Of a stretch of 24,000 nucleotides of DNA, positions 1-7,807 are shown piece after piece. The position numbers and the translations under genes were made by a program. The stretch comes from Hespellia sp. (GTDB lineage: Bacteria; Bacillota; Clostridia; Lachnospirales; Lachnospiraceae). The stretch's first letter is position 1. Each line of letters begins with the position of its first letter. The notes under the pieces were generated by a model. The model saw only the letters and a program-made list of their open reading frames with translations, was not told the DNA's origin and made no database searches. The DNA lies in the NCBI GenBank assembly GCA_028693555.1, contig JAQUVD010000026.1:24846-48845 (forward strand), given 5' to 3'.

Positions 1-102
1 ATGGAGACAGTTATCTGACCTATTCATTTATGGGTGAGGAGATATTTAGCGTAGTAAGATCAAAGGATCATTATGAACCACGATAGCAGGATGAATGAAA
101 AG

Positions 103-151
103 AAAAACTGAGAGCGCTGCGACCTTCATCGTCACAGTGCTCTCAGTTTTT
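103..151 (-). terminator. Rho-independent terminator downstream of the symporter gene (looks bidirectional)
   Basis: 12-bp stem CTGAGAGCGCTG (108-119) / CAGTGCTCTCAG (135-146), including one G-T wobble. Flanked by A5 (103-107) and T5 (147-151). Lies about 40 nt past the stop of the minus-strand CDS that ends at 188. Confidence 0.7.
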
Positions 152-187
152 ACAGATGGATTCCAATCGGTTCGGGCATCTATGAAG

Positions 188-1384
188 TTACAACTCCACA
201 TTTGTAACTGCATGATCTTCAATATGATGTTTATTCGCATATCCGGTCAGGATCAATGTTAATGCGCCGTCTCCGGTTACATTACAAGCGGTTCCAAAAC
301 TATCCTGAAGAGCGAAGACAGTTAGCATGAGAGCAGTTCCGGCTTCGTCAAATCCAAGAATTCCTGTGATGAGTCCGAGGGAAGCCATAACAGTTCCACC
401 GGGAACACCAGGGGCTCCGATTGCAAACACACCAAGTAACAGGCAGAAGAGAACCATTGTCCCAACAGAAGGAATACTTCCGTAAAGAATCTTAGAAATT
501 GTCATGACAAAGAATACTTCTGTCAATACAGAGCCACACAGATGAATATTCGCAAAGAGTGGAATTCCGAAATCTACCATATCATCGCGAAGCGGCGGTT
601 CAGCCTTCTTTGCGCCTTCAAGGGCAACTGCGAGCGTGGCAGCAGAAGACATGGTTCCAACAGCAGTGATATAGGCTGGACCGTAGTATTTCAAGACCTG
701 AAGTGGATTTACACCTGCGTATGCTCCTGCAACACCATAGAGTACTGCGAGCCAGATGAAATGTCCGATCATCACGATAACAATAACCTCAAGAAAGACC
801 GGAAGCTGCTTCGTAATGGTTCCCTCATACGACAAACCACAGAATGTAAATGCAATAAAGATTGGAAGAAGTGGAATAATTACCTTCGATACAATTGCAA
901 GTACAATATTCTGAAATTCATCAAGAACCTTCGTGATCGTAACAGCTTTTGTCCAGGTTGCAGCAAGTCCGACTAAGACTGAAAAGACAAGTGCGCTCAT
1001 CACAGACATAATCTGGGGAATACTAAGTTCGAAGATGACATCCGGAAGTTCTTTCAATCCGTCAACTTCTGTTGCGATAGATAAATGTGGGATCAGTCCG
1101 AAACCTGCAGCCATGGATAAAAGCGCAGCAAGTACGGAAGATACATAGGCGATTGTTACTGCAATCCCAAGCATACGGGAAGCATTGTTTCCGAGTTTTG
1201 TAATAGAAGGGGCAATAAAACCGATGATAATCAGTGGTACGCAGAATGTAATTACCTGTCCTAATACATATTTTACCGTTACAACAATGTTCATTACATT
1301 TTCGCCGGCAAACTGACCAATGATAATACCAAGTACAACACCTAACAGGAGCCTAAATGGCAAGCTTGAAACTATTTTTTTCAT
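188..1384 (-). CDS. Dicarboxylate/amino acid:cation symporter (DAACS family, SstT/GltP-like)
   Basis: 398-aa highly hydrophobic ORF. C-terminal half is typical of the sodium:dicarboxylate symporter fold (..SSAATLAVALEGA.., ..GAPGVPGGTVMASLG.., ..LQDSFGTACNVTGDG..). Terminator just downstream. Substrate cannot be assigned from sequence alone. Confidence 0.8.
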   Translation of the reverse strand: MKKIVSSLPFRLLLGVVLGIIIGQFAGENVMNIVVTVKYVLGQVITFCVPLIIIGFIAPSITKLGNNASRMLGIAVTIAYVSSVLAALLSMAAGFGLIPHLSIATEVDGLKELPDVIFELSIPQIMSVMSALVFSVLVGLAATWTKAVTITKVLDEFQNIVLAIVSKVIIPLLPIFIAFTFCGLSYEGTITKQLPVFLEVIVIVMIGHFIWLAVLYGVAGAYAGVNPLQVLKYYGPAYITAVGTMSSAATLAVALEGAKKAEPPLRDDMVDFGIPLFANIHLCGSVLTEVFFVMTISKILYGSIPSVGTMVLFCLLLGVFAIGAPGVPGGTVMASLGLITGILGFDEAGTALMLTVFALQDSFGTACNVTGDGALTLILTGYANKHHIEDHAVTNVEL

Positions 1385-1512
1385 TTTAAATAACCTCTCT
1401 TTTCCTTCGATTTTTTTAGTATACCACAGGAGTGCATTTTTTCACATACTTTTAAGAGGAAACGGTCATACTAGTTTCATGAAAATGCAATGAAAAGGAG
1501 GAAATACGCATC

Positions 1513-2778
1513 ATGCAGAAAGTAATTCCGGTTACAGATGTGTACGCAAGAGAAATATTAGATTCCAGAGGAAATCCAACCATAGAAGTAGAGTTGTTAG
1601 CCGGCGAAAAATATGTAGGCAGAGCAGCGGTTCCGTCAGGAGCCTCCACAGGAAAATTCGAGGCGGTAGAACTTCGGGATGGCCAAAAACGATATCACGG
1701 CAAAGGAGTGCAGAAGGCAGTTGATCATGTGAATAATGAACTGGCGAAAGAAATTATCGGGTGCAATGTATTAGATCAGGGAGAACTTGATCAGATCATG
1801 ATTCAGGCAGATGGTACGGAGAACAAAAGTGGCTATGGAGCAAATGCAATTCTTGGGATTTCGATGGCGGCGGCAAGAGCGGCAGCAGATGCACTTCAGC
1901 TTCCACTCTACGCGTATATCGGTGGAATGCACAAGGGCAAGATGCCGGTTCCGATGATGAATGTCATCAATGGAGGTGTGCATGCGGCAAACACACTGGA
2001 TATTCAGGAGTTCATGATTATGCCGGTTGGAGCGGACAGCTTCAAAGAGGGACTGCGCATGTGTGCGGAAATCTATCAGGAGTTAAAACGACTTCTGAGT
2101 GAGCAGGGGCTTAGCACAGCGGTTGGTGACGAAGGCGGATTTGCGCCAGATATTCCCAATACGAGAGAAGCATTGAAATTCTTGTCGGACGCGGTGAAAG
2201 CCGCAGGCTATGAACTGGAAGAAGATATCGTATTTGCAATGGATGTGGCAGCTTCTGAATTATATGACTCGGATTTCAAGAAATATGTATTTCCGGGCGA
2301 GAGTAAAATGCAGGGACATCAGGTGATTCGTTCGGCAGAAGAGCTGATTGAATATTATGAAGAACTGGCATCAGAATTTCCAATCTGTTCCATTGAAGAC
2401 CCGCTAGATGAAGAAGACTGGGAAGGCTGGAAAAAGATGACAGAATTACTTGGTGAGGAGATTCAGCTTGTCGGGGATGATCTTTTTGTTACAAATGTGC
2501 GGAGGCTGAAAAAAGGGATTTCTATGGGCGCGGCAAATGCAATCCTGATTAAAGTGAATCAGATTGGGACCCTCAGCGAAGCATTGGATGCAATTCATAT
2601 GGCGAAAAAAGCAGGCTATCGAACCATCATTTCTCATCGTTCGGGAGAAACAGAAGATACGTTTATTGCGGATCTGGCAGTTGCGACAGACGCAAGACAG
2701 ATCAAGACAGGTGCGCCATGTCGTGCGGAGAGAGTGGCGAAATACAATCAGCTACTCAGAATAGAAGAACAACTGTAA
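1513..2778 (+). CDS. eno: Enolase (phosphopyruvate hydratase)
   Basis: 421-aa ORF with the classic enolase N-terminus (..[31 protein letters not shown]..) and C-terminal ..[41 protein letters not shown].. RBS AAAGGAGG lies upstream of the ATG. Confidence 0.97.
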   Translation: MQKVIPVTDVYAREILDSRGNPTIEVELLAGEKYVGRAAVPSGASTGKFEAVELRDGQKRYHGKGVQKAVDHVNNELAKEIIGCNVLDQGELDQIMIQADGTENKSGYGANAILGISMAAARAAADALQLPLYAYIGGMHKGKMPVPMMNVINGGVHAANTLDIQEFMIMPVGADSFKEGLRMCAEIYQELKRLLSEQGLSTAVGDEGGFAPDIPNTREALKFLSDAVKAAGYELEEDIVFAMDVAASELYDSDFKKYVFPGESKMQGHQVIRSAEELIEYYEELASEFPICSIEDPLDEEDWEGWKKMTELLGEEIQLVGDDLFVTNVRRLKKGISMGAANAILIKVNQIGTLSEALDAIHMAKKAGYRTIISHRSGETEDTFIADLAVATDARQIKTGAPCRAERVAKYNQLLRIEEQL

Positions 2779-2784
2779 AATCAC

Positions 2785-2813
2785 TTGCATATTTCCATTT
2801 CCTATGTTAAACT
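2785..2813 (+). promoter_or_regulatory. Candidate sigma-A promoter for secG
   Basis: TTGCAT (2785-2790), 17-nt spacer, TAAACT (2808-2813), in the eno-secG spacer. Sequence pattern only. Confidence 0.35.
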
Positions 2814-2845
2814 TATCTATGCTTATTCACAGGAGGTGTAAAGGG

Positions 2846-3088
2846 ATGCAGATTTTAAAAATTGTATTAACGATCATTTTTGTAATAGATTGTATCGCAT
2901 TATCAGCGATTATTCTTCTTCAGGAAGGCAAGTCAGCAGGACTTGGAACAATCAGCGGAGCGGCTGATACTTATTGGGGACAGAACAAAGGACGTTCGAT
3001 GGAAGGTGCACTTGTTAAGTCTACAAAGTTTTTGGCCATTTTATTTATGGTATTAGCTTTGGTGCTGAACCTTGGTGTACTCAATTAA
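2846..3088 (+). CDS. secG: Preprotein translocase subunit SecG
   Basis: 80-aa two-TM protein with ..LLQEGKSAGLGTISG.. typical of SecG. ATG at 2846 is preceded by AGGAGG (2831-2836), so the ORF-track start at 2804 is an upstream extension. eno-secG-rnr-smpB synteny is conserved in Firmicutes. Confidence 0.85.
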   Translation: MQILKIVLTIIFVIDCIALSAIILLQEGKSAGLGTISGAADTYWGQNKGRSMEGALVKSTKFLAILFMVLALVLNLGVLN

Positions 3089-3110
3089 CGCATGAAGATG
3101 ATGATTTTAG

Positions 3111-3140
3111 AGCACTCTATGTAAATAGAGTGCTTTTTCT
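3111..3140 (+). terminator. Rho-independent terminator after secG
   Basis: Perfect 10-bp stem AGCACTCTAT (3111-3120) / ATAGAGTGCT (3125-3134), GTAA loop, then TTTTT (3135-3139). Confidence 0.8.
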
Positions 3141-3154
3141 TAATTGGAGGGAAA

Positions 3155-5350
3155 ATGGATAAAGGATTTGAAAAGCAAAAGAAAATCGTCTATGATTTTA
3201 TTTGCGATGATTTGTATATACCGATGAAGGTAAAGGAGATGGCCTTGATTCTGCAGGTACCAAAAGATCAGCGGAGCGCGCTTCGTGCTGTGTTGGATTC
3301 GCTGGTAGCGGATGGGAAGATTACGCTCTCGAAAAAGGGCAAATATGTCAAAGGCGAGTCGAAGCATTTGATTGGAATGTATCAGGCAAATGCCAGAGGG
3401 TTTGGGTTTGTGATTCTGGAGGATGAGAACACAGATGACATCTTCATTTCCGCAGATGATGCAAATGGCGCATTCCAGGGGGATAAAGTCGAAGTGATGA
3501 TTAAGAACTCACCGGAAGGAAAACGTGCAGAGGGCAAGATTTTAAAGATTATCGAGCACGGAACAACGACAATGGTTGGTCTTTATCAGAAAAATAAGAA
3601 TTTTGGATTTGTAAAGCCGGATAACCAGCGTTTTACGAAAGACATCTATATTCCAAATGAATGCTCGAAGGGCGCAGTTACCGGACATAAGGTACTCATC
3701 GAATTAACCTCGTATGGCAATGGAAATACGAAACCGGAAGGAAAAGTAATTGAGATTATCGGACATATTAATGATCCTGGAACGGACATCATGTCGATTG
3801 TAAAAGGTTATGATCTTCCGGTAGAATTTTCGGAAAAGATCATGAATCAGGTGGGGCGTATGCCGAGCGAGGTAAGCACTGCAGATATGGCTGGACGCAA
3901 GGATATCCGCGACTGGCAGATGGTTACGATTGACGGAGAGGACGCAAAAGATTTGGATGATGCGATTTCCCTTGTCCGGGATGGCGATGGATATCAGCTT
4001 GGTGTTCATATTGCGGATGTGTCGAATTATGTACAGGAGAACAGTGCACTGGATCGGGAGGCGTTGGCGCGCGGAACCAGCGTGTATCTGGTGGATCGTG
4101 TTATACCGATGCTGCCACACAAGCTGTCGAACGGTATCTGTTCCTTGAATGCAGGGGAAGACAGGCTTGCGCTGAGCTGTATTATGCATGTGGACAAAAG
4201 TGGAAATGTAACGGATCATGAGATGGCAGAGACGGTGATTCATGTGGACGAGCGTATGACATATACGAGTGTCGCAAAAATTCTGGTGGATCAGGATGCA
4301 GATGAGATGCGGCGTTATGAGGCGTGTGTTCCTATGTTTCGGTTGATGCAGGAACTATCGGCAATCATTAGAGAAGCAAGGCACAAGCGCGGCTCCATTG
4401 ATTTTGATTTCCCAGAGACAAAGGTGATCTTAGACGAGGATGGATATCCCATCGATATCAAGCCGTACGACCGCAATGTAGCAACGAAGATCATTGAAGA
4501 CTTCATGCTGCTTGCGAATGAGACGGTTGCAGAAGAATTTTTCTGGAGAGAGATTCCGTTTGTATACCGTGTGCATGAGGCACCGGATGAAGAGAAGATT
4601 AAGACACTCAGTACATTTATCAATAACTTCGGGTATCACATTCATGTGGGCGCAAATGAAGTCAGCCCGAAAGAGGTACAGAAGCTCCTTGCAAATGTGG
4701 AAGGTGCGCCAGAGGAACCATTGATTACAAGACTGGCACTCCGCTCGATGAAACAGGCAAGATATACACCGGAGAACAGCGGACATTTTGGTCTTGCGGC
4801 AAGATATTATACACATTTCACATCACCGATCCGGCGTTATCCGGATTTGCAGATTCACAGAATTATCAAGGAGACACTTCGCGGACGGATGAAAGAGAAT
4901 CGCATGGAACATTATGAGAAGATTCTGCCGGATGTGACGCTGCAGGCAAGCCAGATGGAACGCCGTGCGGAAGAAGCTGAGCGTGAGACAATCAAATTGA
5001 AAAAGGTAGAATATATGCAGGACCATATCGGTGAGGTGTTTGACGGTGTCATCTCAAGTATTACTAAATGGGGTGCCTATGTTGAACTGGAAAATACAGT
5101 CGAGGGTCTTGTTCATGTGGTCAACATGAAGGATGATCATTATCAATATATCGAAGCGACATACGAATTGATTGGCGAGAGAACGAATAAGATTTACAAG
5201 CTGGGCGAGAAGGTACTGGTGCGTCTCATTGGCGTTGATAAATTACAGCGCACGATTGATTTCGAGTTCGCTGATGAAGCTGAGGAAGAAGGAGAACACG
5301 GACATGGCGAAAATTGCAAAGACAGACGGCAAGTTAATTGCCAACAATAA
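3155..5350 (+). CDS. rnr: Ribonuclease R (3'-5' exoribonuclease, RNB family)
   Basis: 731-aa ORF with an N-terminal HTH/cold-shock-like region, RNB catalytic core (..[16 protein letters not shown]..), ..[26 protein letters not shown].. and a C-terminal S1 domain (..[20 protein letters not shown]..). GGAGGG RBS precedes the ATG. Confidence 0.96.
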   Translation: MDKGFEKQKKIVYDFICDDLYIPMKVKEMALILQVPKDQRSALRAVLDSLVADGKITLSKKGKYVKGESKHLIGMYQANARGFGFVILEDENTDDIFISADDANGAFQGDKVEVMIKNSPEGKRAEGKILKIIEHGTTTMVGLYQKNKNFGFVKPDNQRFTKDIYIPNECSKGAVTGHKVLIELTSYGNGNTKPEGKVIEIIGHINDPGTDIMSIVKGYDLPVEFSEKIMNQVGRMPSEVSTADMAGRKDIRDWQMVTIDGEDAKDLDDAISLVRDGDGYQLGVHIADVSNYVQENSALDREALARGTSVYLVDRVIPMLPHKLSNGICSLNAGEDRLALSCIMHVDKSGNVTDHEMAETVIHVDERMTYTSVAKILVDQDADEMRRYEACVPMFRLMQELSAIIREARHKRGSIDFDFPETKVILDEDGYPIDIKPYDRNVATKIIEDFMLLANETVAEEFFWREIPFVYRVHEAPDEEKIKTLSTFINNFGYHIHVGANEVSPKEVQKLLANVEGAPEEPLITRLALRSMKQARYTPENSGHFGLAARYYTHFTSPIRRYPDLQIHRIIKETLRGRMKENRMEHYEKILPDVTLQASQMERRAEEAERETIKLKKVEYMQDHIGEVFDGVISSITKWGAYVELENTVEGLVHVVNMKDDHYQYIEATYELIGERTNKIYKLGEKVLVRLIGVDKLQRTIDFEFADEAEEEGEHGHGENCKDRRQVNCQQ

Positions 5351-5777
5351 AAAAGCATACCATGATTATTTTATCGAAGAGAAATATGAGACCGGGATTG
5401 TGCTTCACGGAACCGAAGTAAAGTCGCTCCGTATGGGACAGTGCAGTATCAAAGAAGCGTTTATTAGAATCGAGAATGGCGAGATGTGGGTGTACGGTAT
5501 GCACATCTCCCCATATGAAAAAGGAAATATTATGAATAAGGATCCACTTCGTGTGCGCAAATTATTACTGCACAAGAAGGAAATCGACAAGATTCTTGGG
5601 AAGACCAAGGAAAAAGGAATTACGATTGTACCTTTGAAGGTATATTTCAAGGGTAGTCTTGTGAAGGTCGAAGTCGGTCTTGCAAAAGGTAAGAAGCTCT
5701 ATGATAAGCGGGACGATATTGCAAAGAAGGATCAGAGACGGGAAGCGGAGAGAGACTTCAAGGTGAGAAATCTATAG
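5304..5777 (+). CDS. smpB: SsrA-binding protein SmpB
   Basis: 157 aa starting [43 protein letters not shown].., the canonical SmpB N-terminus. ATG at 5304. The ORF-track start at 5172 is an out-of-frame overlap with rnr. Overlaps the rnr 3' end by 47 nt. Confidence 0.93.
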   Translation: MAKIAKTDGKLIANNKKAYHDYFIEEKYETGIVLHGTEVKSLRMGQCSIKEAFIRIENGEMWVYGMHISPYEKGNIMNKDPLRVRKLLLHKKEIDKILGKTKEKGITIVPLKVYFKGSLVKVEVGLAKGKKLYDKRDDIAKKDQRREAERDFKVRNL

Positions 5778-5792
5778 ATTGGGGATTATGAG

Positions 5793-6476
5793 ATGACAAA
5801 CGAGGAAATCAGAGCACATTTATTTGAACTGGCGGACGAGAAATATCAGTCCTTCCATCAGAATCTCTGTCCGGGTATTGAGCAGATCATTGGCGTGCGG
5901 ATTCCAAAGATGCGGGAATTTGCAAAAGAGCTCGCAAAAGAGGACTGGAAAAGTTATCTGGAATATGCGTGGGGCGAGTACAATGAAGAGATTATGCTCC
6001 AGGGGCTGGTACTTGGCTATCTCAATACAGATATCGAGACAAGACTTACATATCTTGCAAAATTTGTTCCGAAGATTAATAGCTGGGCAACATGTGATTC
6101 ACCGGTTATGGGTATGAAATTCATCAAAAAGAATCAGGAGCGTGTACGGGAATTCCTTGCGCCCTATTTAATCTCTGAGAATGAATATGAGGTTCGGTTT
6201 GGAGTGGTTGCGCTGCTGGATCATTATGTAGATGCAGCACATATTGATGATGTACTTTCGGTGCTGGAGTCTATAAAGCATGAAGGCTATTATGTAAAGA
6301 TGGCGGTTGCATGGACACTATGCGAATGCTATATCAAGTTTCCCGAAAAGACGAACACATTTCTGGAACAGACACAGATGGATATCTGGTCATACAACAA
6401 AGGAATTCAGAAGATTACAGAGTCCCGACGCGTGAGTGAGGAAGAGAAAATACGTCTAAAAGCAATGAAAAAATAA
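5793..6476 (+). CDS. DNA alkylation repair protein (AlkD-like HEAT-repeat family)
   Basis: 227-aa ORF. N-terminus ..IRAHLFELADEKYQSFHQNLCPGIEQIIGVRIPKMREFAKEL.. and overall size match my recollection of the 'DNA alkylation repair enzyme' family. Family-level call only. Confidence 0.7.
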   Translation: MTNEEIRAHLFELADEKYQSFHQNLCPGIEQIIGVRIPKMREFAKELAKEDWKSYLEYAWGEYNEEIMLQGLVLGYLNTDIETRLTYLAKFVPKINSWATCDSPVMGMKFIKKNQERVREFLAPYLISENEYEVRFGVVALLDHYVDAAHIDDVLSVLESIKHEGYYVKMAVAWTLCECYIKFPEKTNTFLEQTQMDIWSYNKGIQKITESRRVSEEEKIRLKAMKK

Positions 6477-6657
6477 TTTGGTTAGAATTGATTTATTTTT
6501 TGTTAATAAATTTTTCTTTTCTTTCATGTCTTCGCCATATTCTTGTCACAATTGGTGCGTATACTTGTACTTAGATAGTTGATAAACAACTATCCCCCCT
6601 CATAAAGTTTAGACATTTGAGATAATGTCAACTTTACTCTCATTCCTTTAGATAACT

Positions 6658-6706
6658 ATAAAACAAACAAAACCCTCGGTATCCGATAGTACCGAGGGTT
6701 TTGCGT
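6658..6706. terminator. Orphan bidirectional intrinsic-terminator hairpin
   Basis: 11-bp stem AACCCTCGGTA (6671-6681) / TACCGAGGGTT (6690-6700). A-rich run upstream (6658-6672) and TTTT downstream (6699-6702). Sits about 190 nt after the AlkD-like stop, with no minus-strand gene feeding into it. Confidence 0.6.
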
Positions 6707-6740
6707 TGCTTTGTCTGGATTGTAGTTCGAAAAGTCTGTA

Positions 6741-6769
6741 TTGACATGTGAATTTGTCAGTGTTAAACT
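6741..6769 (+). promoter_or_regulatory. Candidate sigma-A promoter of the hypD operon
   Basis: Consensus TTGACA (6741-6746), 17-nt spacer, TAAACT (6764-6769). I found no better -35/-10 pair between here and the activase ATG at 6876. The -35 overlaps an imperfect inverted repeat, TGACA-N9-TGTCA. Confidence 0.5.
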
Positions 6770-6790
6770 GAAAAACATAAAAAAGATGCA

Positions 6791-6827
6791 AAGGCGTATC
6801 CCGGATATGGGGTACGCCTTTTTTTGG
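6791..6827 (+). terminator. Strong intrinsic-terminator hairpin inside the hypD-operon leader (candidate attenuator)
   Basis: 12-bp stem AAGGCGTATCCC (6791-6802) / GGGGTACGCCTT (6809-6820), loop GGATAT, followed by T5 (7 consecutive T counting the paired TT). Lies between the predicted promoter and the RBS GAGGTG (6864-6869). Confidence 0.65.
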
Positions 6828-6875
6828 GATGATGATTGTATTCTCGACTTCTGTCGAACATTGAGGTGTGGAAAT

Positions 6876-7793
6876 ATGAAAGAGACTTGCCTGATTACAG
6901 ATATTCAGAGATATTGTATCCATGATGGAGATGGAATTCGAACCACCATATTTTTTAAAGGTTGTCCATTGCACTGCCAGTGGTGTCATAACCCCGAGTC
7001 GCAGTGTTTTTTGCCACAGCTATTAGATAATCAGGGGAAATGTACCGGATGTGAAGCGTGTGAGATTACCTGTCCATCGCGTGCAATTTCCTTGAGAGAT
7101 AAGAAAGCATATACGAATCGGGATATGTGCAGCGGATGTGGCAGTTGTGAGGAATTCTGTTTTCAGAGTCTGAGAGAAATCAGTGGAAGAGCGTATACGG
7201 TAAAACAGCTGTTTGATGAAGCATGCAAAGATGAGATGTTCTATCAGGAGTCCGGTGGAGGAGTTACCTTATCAGGGGGCGAGGTAATGGCGGCAGACAT
7301 TGAGTTTGTGTTAAAGCTTTTGAAAAAACTGAACCGATTTGGGATTGACTGCATGATTGATACCTGCGGTCTGACCGCATGGGACAACTTCGAGAGAATT
7401 CTTCCCTTTGTACATACATTTCTATATGATATCAAAGTGATGGATGAACAGCTTCATGTAAAATATACAGGCGTATCCAACGAAAAGATTTTGACAAATT
7501 TAGAAAAATTAAGTATGGCAGGAGCCAGAATTTACATTCGAATTCCGGTGGTAAAGGAAGTGAATGGATCTGACGATGCGATGCAGGATATTATTTCATT
7601 TATTCGGGAGAGACGGATTCAGGCAGAAAAAATTTGTCTTCTTCCTTATCATAATACAGGAAGTGCAAAGTATGCGAGGCTTGGCATAGCATATCAGGGA
7701 GAACTGTTTCACAAGCCGGATACAGAAGAATTAGAGCACTGGAAAGCATTATTTCAGCAAGCAGGATATCCACAGGTGCAGATTGGTGGATGA
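6876..7793 (+). CDS. Glycyl-radical enzyme activating enzyme (radical SAM, with an extra 2x[4Fe-4S] ferredoxin-like insert)
   Basis: 305 aa from the ATG at 6876 (RBS GAGGTG). N-terminus ..IQRYCIHDGDGIRTTIFFKGCPLHCQWCHNPES.. carries the CX3CX2C radical-SAM motif. Two ferredoxin-type Cys clusters follow (CTGCEACEITCP, CSGCGSCEEFC), typical of activases of the eliminase-type GRE group. The stop overlaps the next ORF (ATGA at 7790-7793). Confidence 0.9.
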   Translation: MKETCLITDIQRYCIHDGDGIRTTIFFKGCPLHCQWCHNPESQCFLPQLLDNQGKCTGCEACEITCPSRAISLRDKKAYTNRDMCSGCGSCEEFCFQSLREISGRAYTVKQLFDEACKDEMFYQESGGGVTLSGGEVMAADIEFVLKLLKKLNRFGIDCMIDTCGLTAWDNFERILPFVHTFLYDIKVMDEQLHVKYTGVSNEKILTNLEKLSMAGARIYIRIPVVKEVNGSDDAMQDIISFIRERRIQAEKICLLPYHNTGSAKYARLGIAYQGELFHKPDTEELEHWKALFQQAGYPQVQIGG

Positions 7794-7807
7794 GAAAGGA
7801 TGAACAT

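Noticed and set aside
1-187. Possible gene fragment or small ORF (46..240, minus) at the left edge
   Set aside because: The 64-aa ORF overlaps the symporter 3' end and the terminator hairpin. Frame 1 reaches a stop at 16-18, but five codons are too few to call a gene end.
3704-4243. 179-aa minus-strand ORF, and the similar antisense or out-of-frame ORFs at 542..976, 4430..4816, 7749..8081, 9748..10149, 11366..11764, 17017..17385, 19169..19597 and 21266..21607
   Set aside because: All lie entirely inside well-supported conserved genes on the opposite strand or in another frame. They have low-complexity, Cys/Arg/His-rich composition, no RBS, and no recognisable family.
6526-6582. 18-codon mini-ORF (MSSPYSCHNWCVYLYLDS) in the AlkD-hypD spacer
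   Set aside because: It is preceded by a T-rich tract without a Shine-Dalgarno, and nothing suggests it is a leader peptide tied to a regulatory structure.
6741-6875. Long N-terminal extension of the activase ORF (MTCEFVSVKL.. / MQRRIPDMGY..)
   Set aside because: There is no RBS at 6741 or 6786. The stretch contains the predicted promoter and the terminator hairpin. The canonical activase N-terminus begins at ATG 6876, which has a GAGGTG RBS.
6477-6875. tmRNA (ssrA) expected downstream of smpB
   Set aside because: There is no tRNA-like acceptor or T-arm (GGTTCGA..CCA), no resume codon or tag ORF, and no pseudoknot-rich GC pattern. The only T-arm-like sequence in the window belongs to tRNA-Sec.
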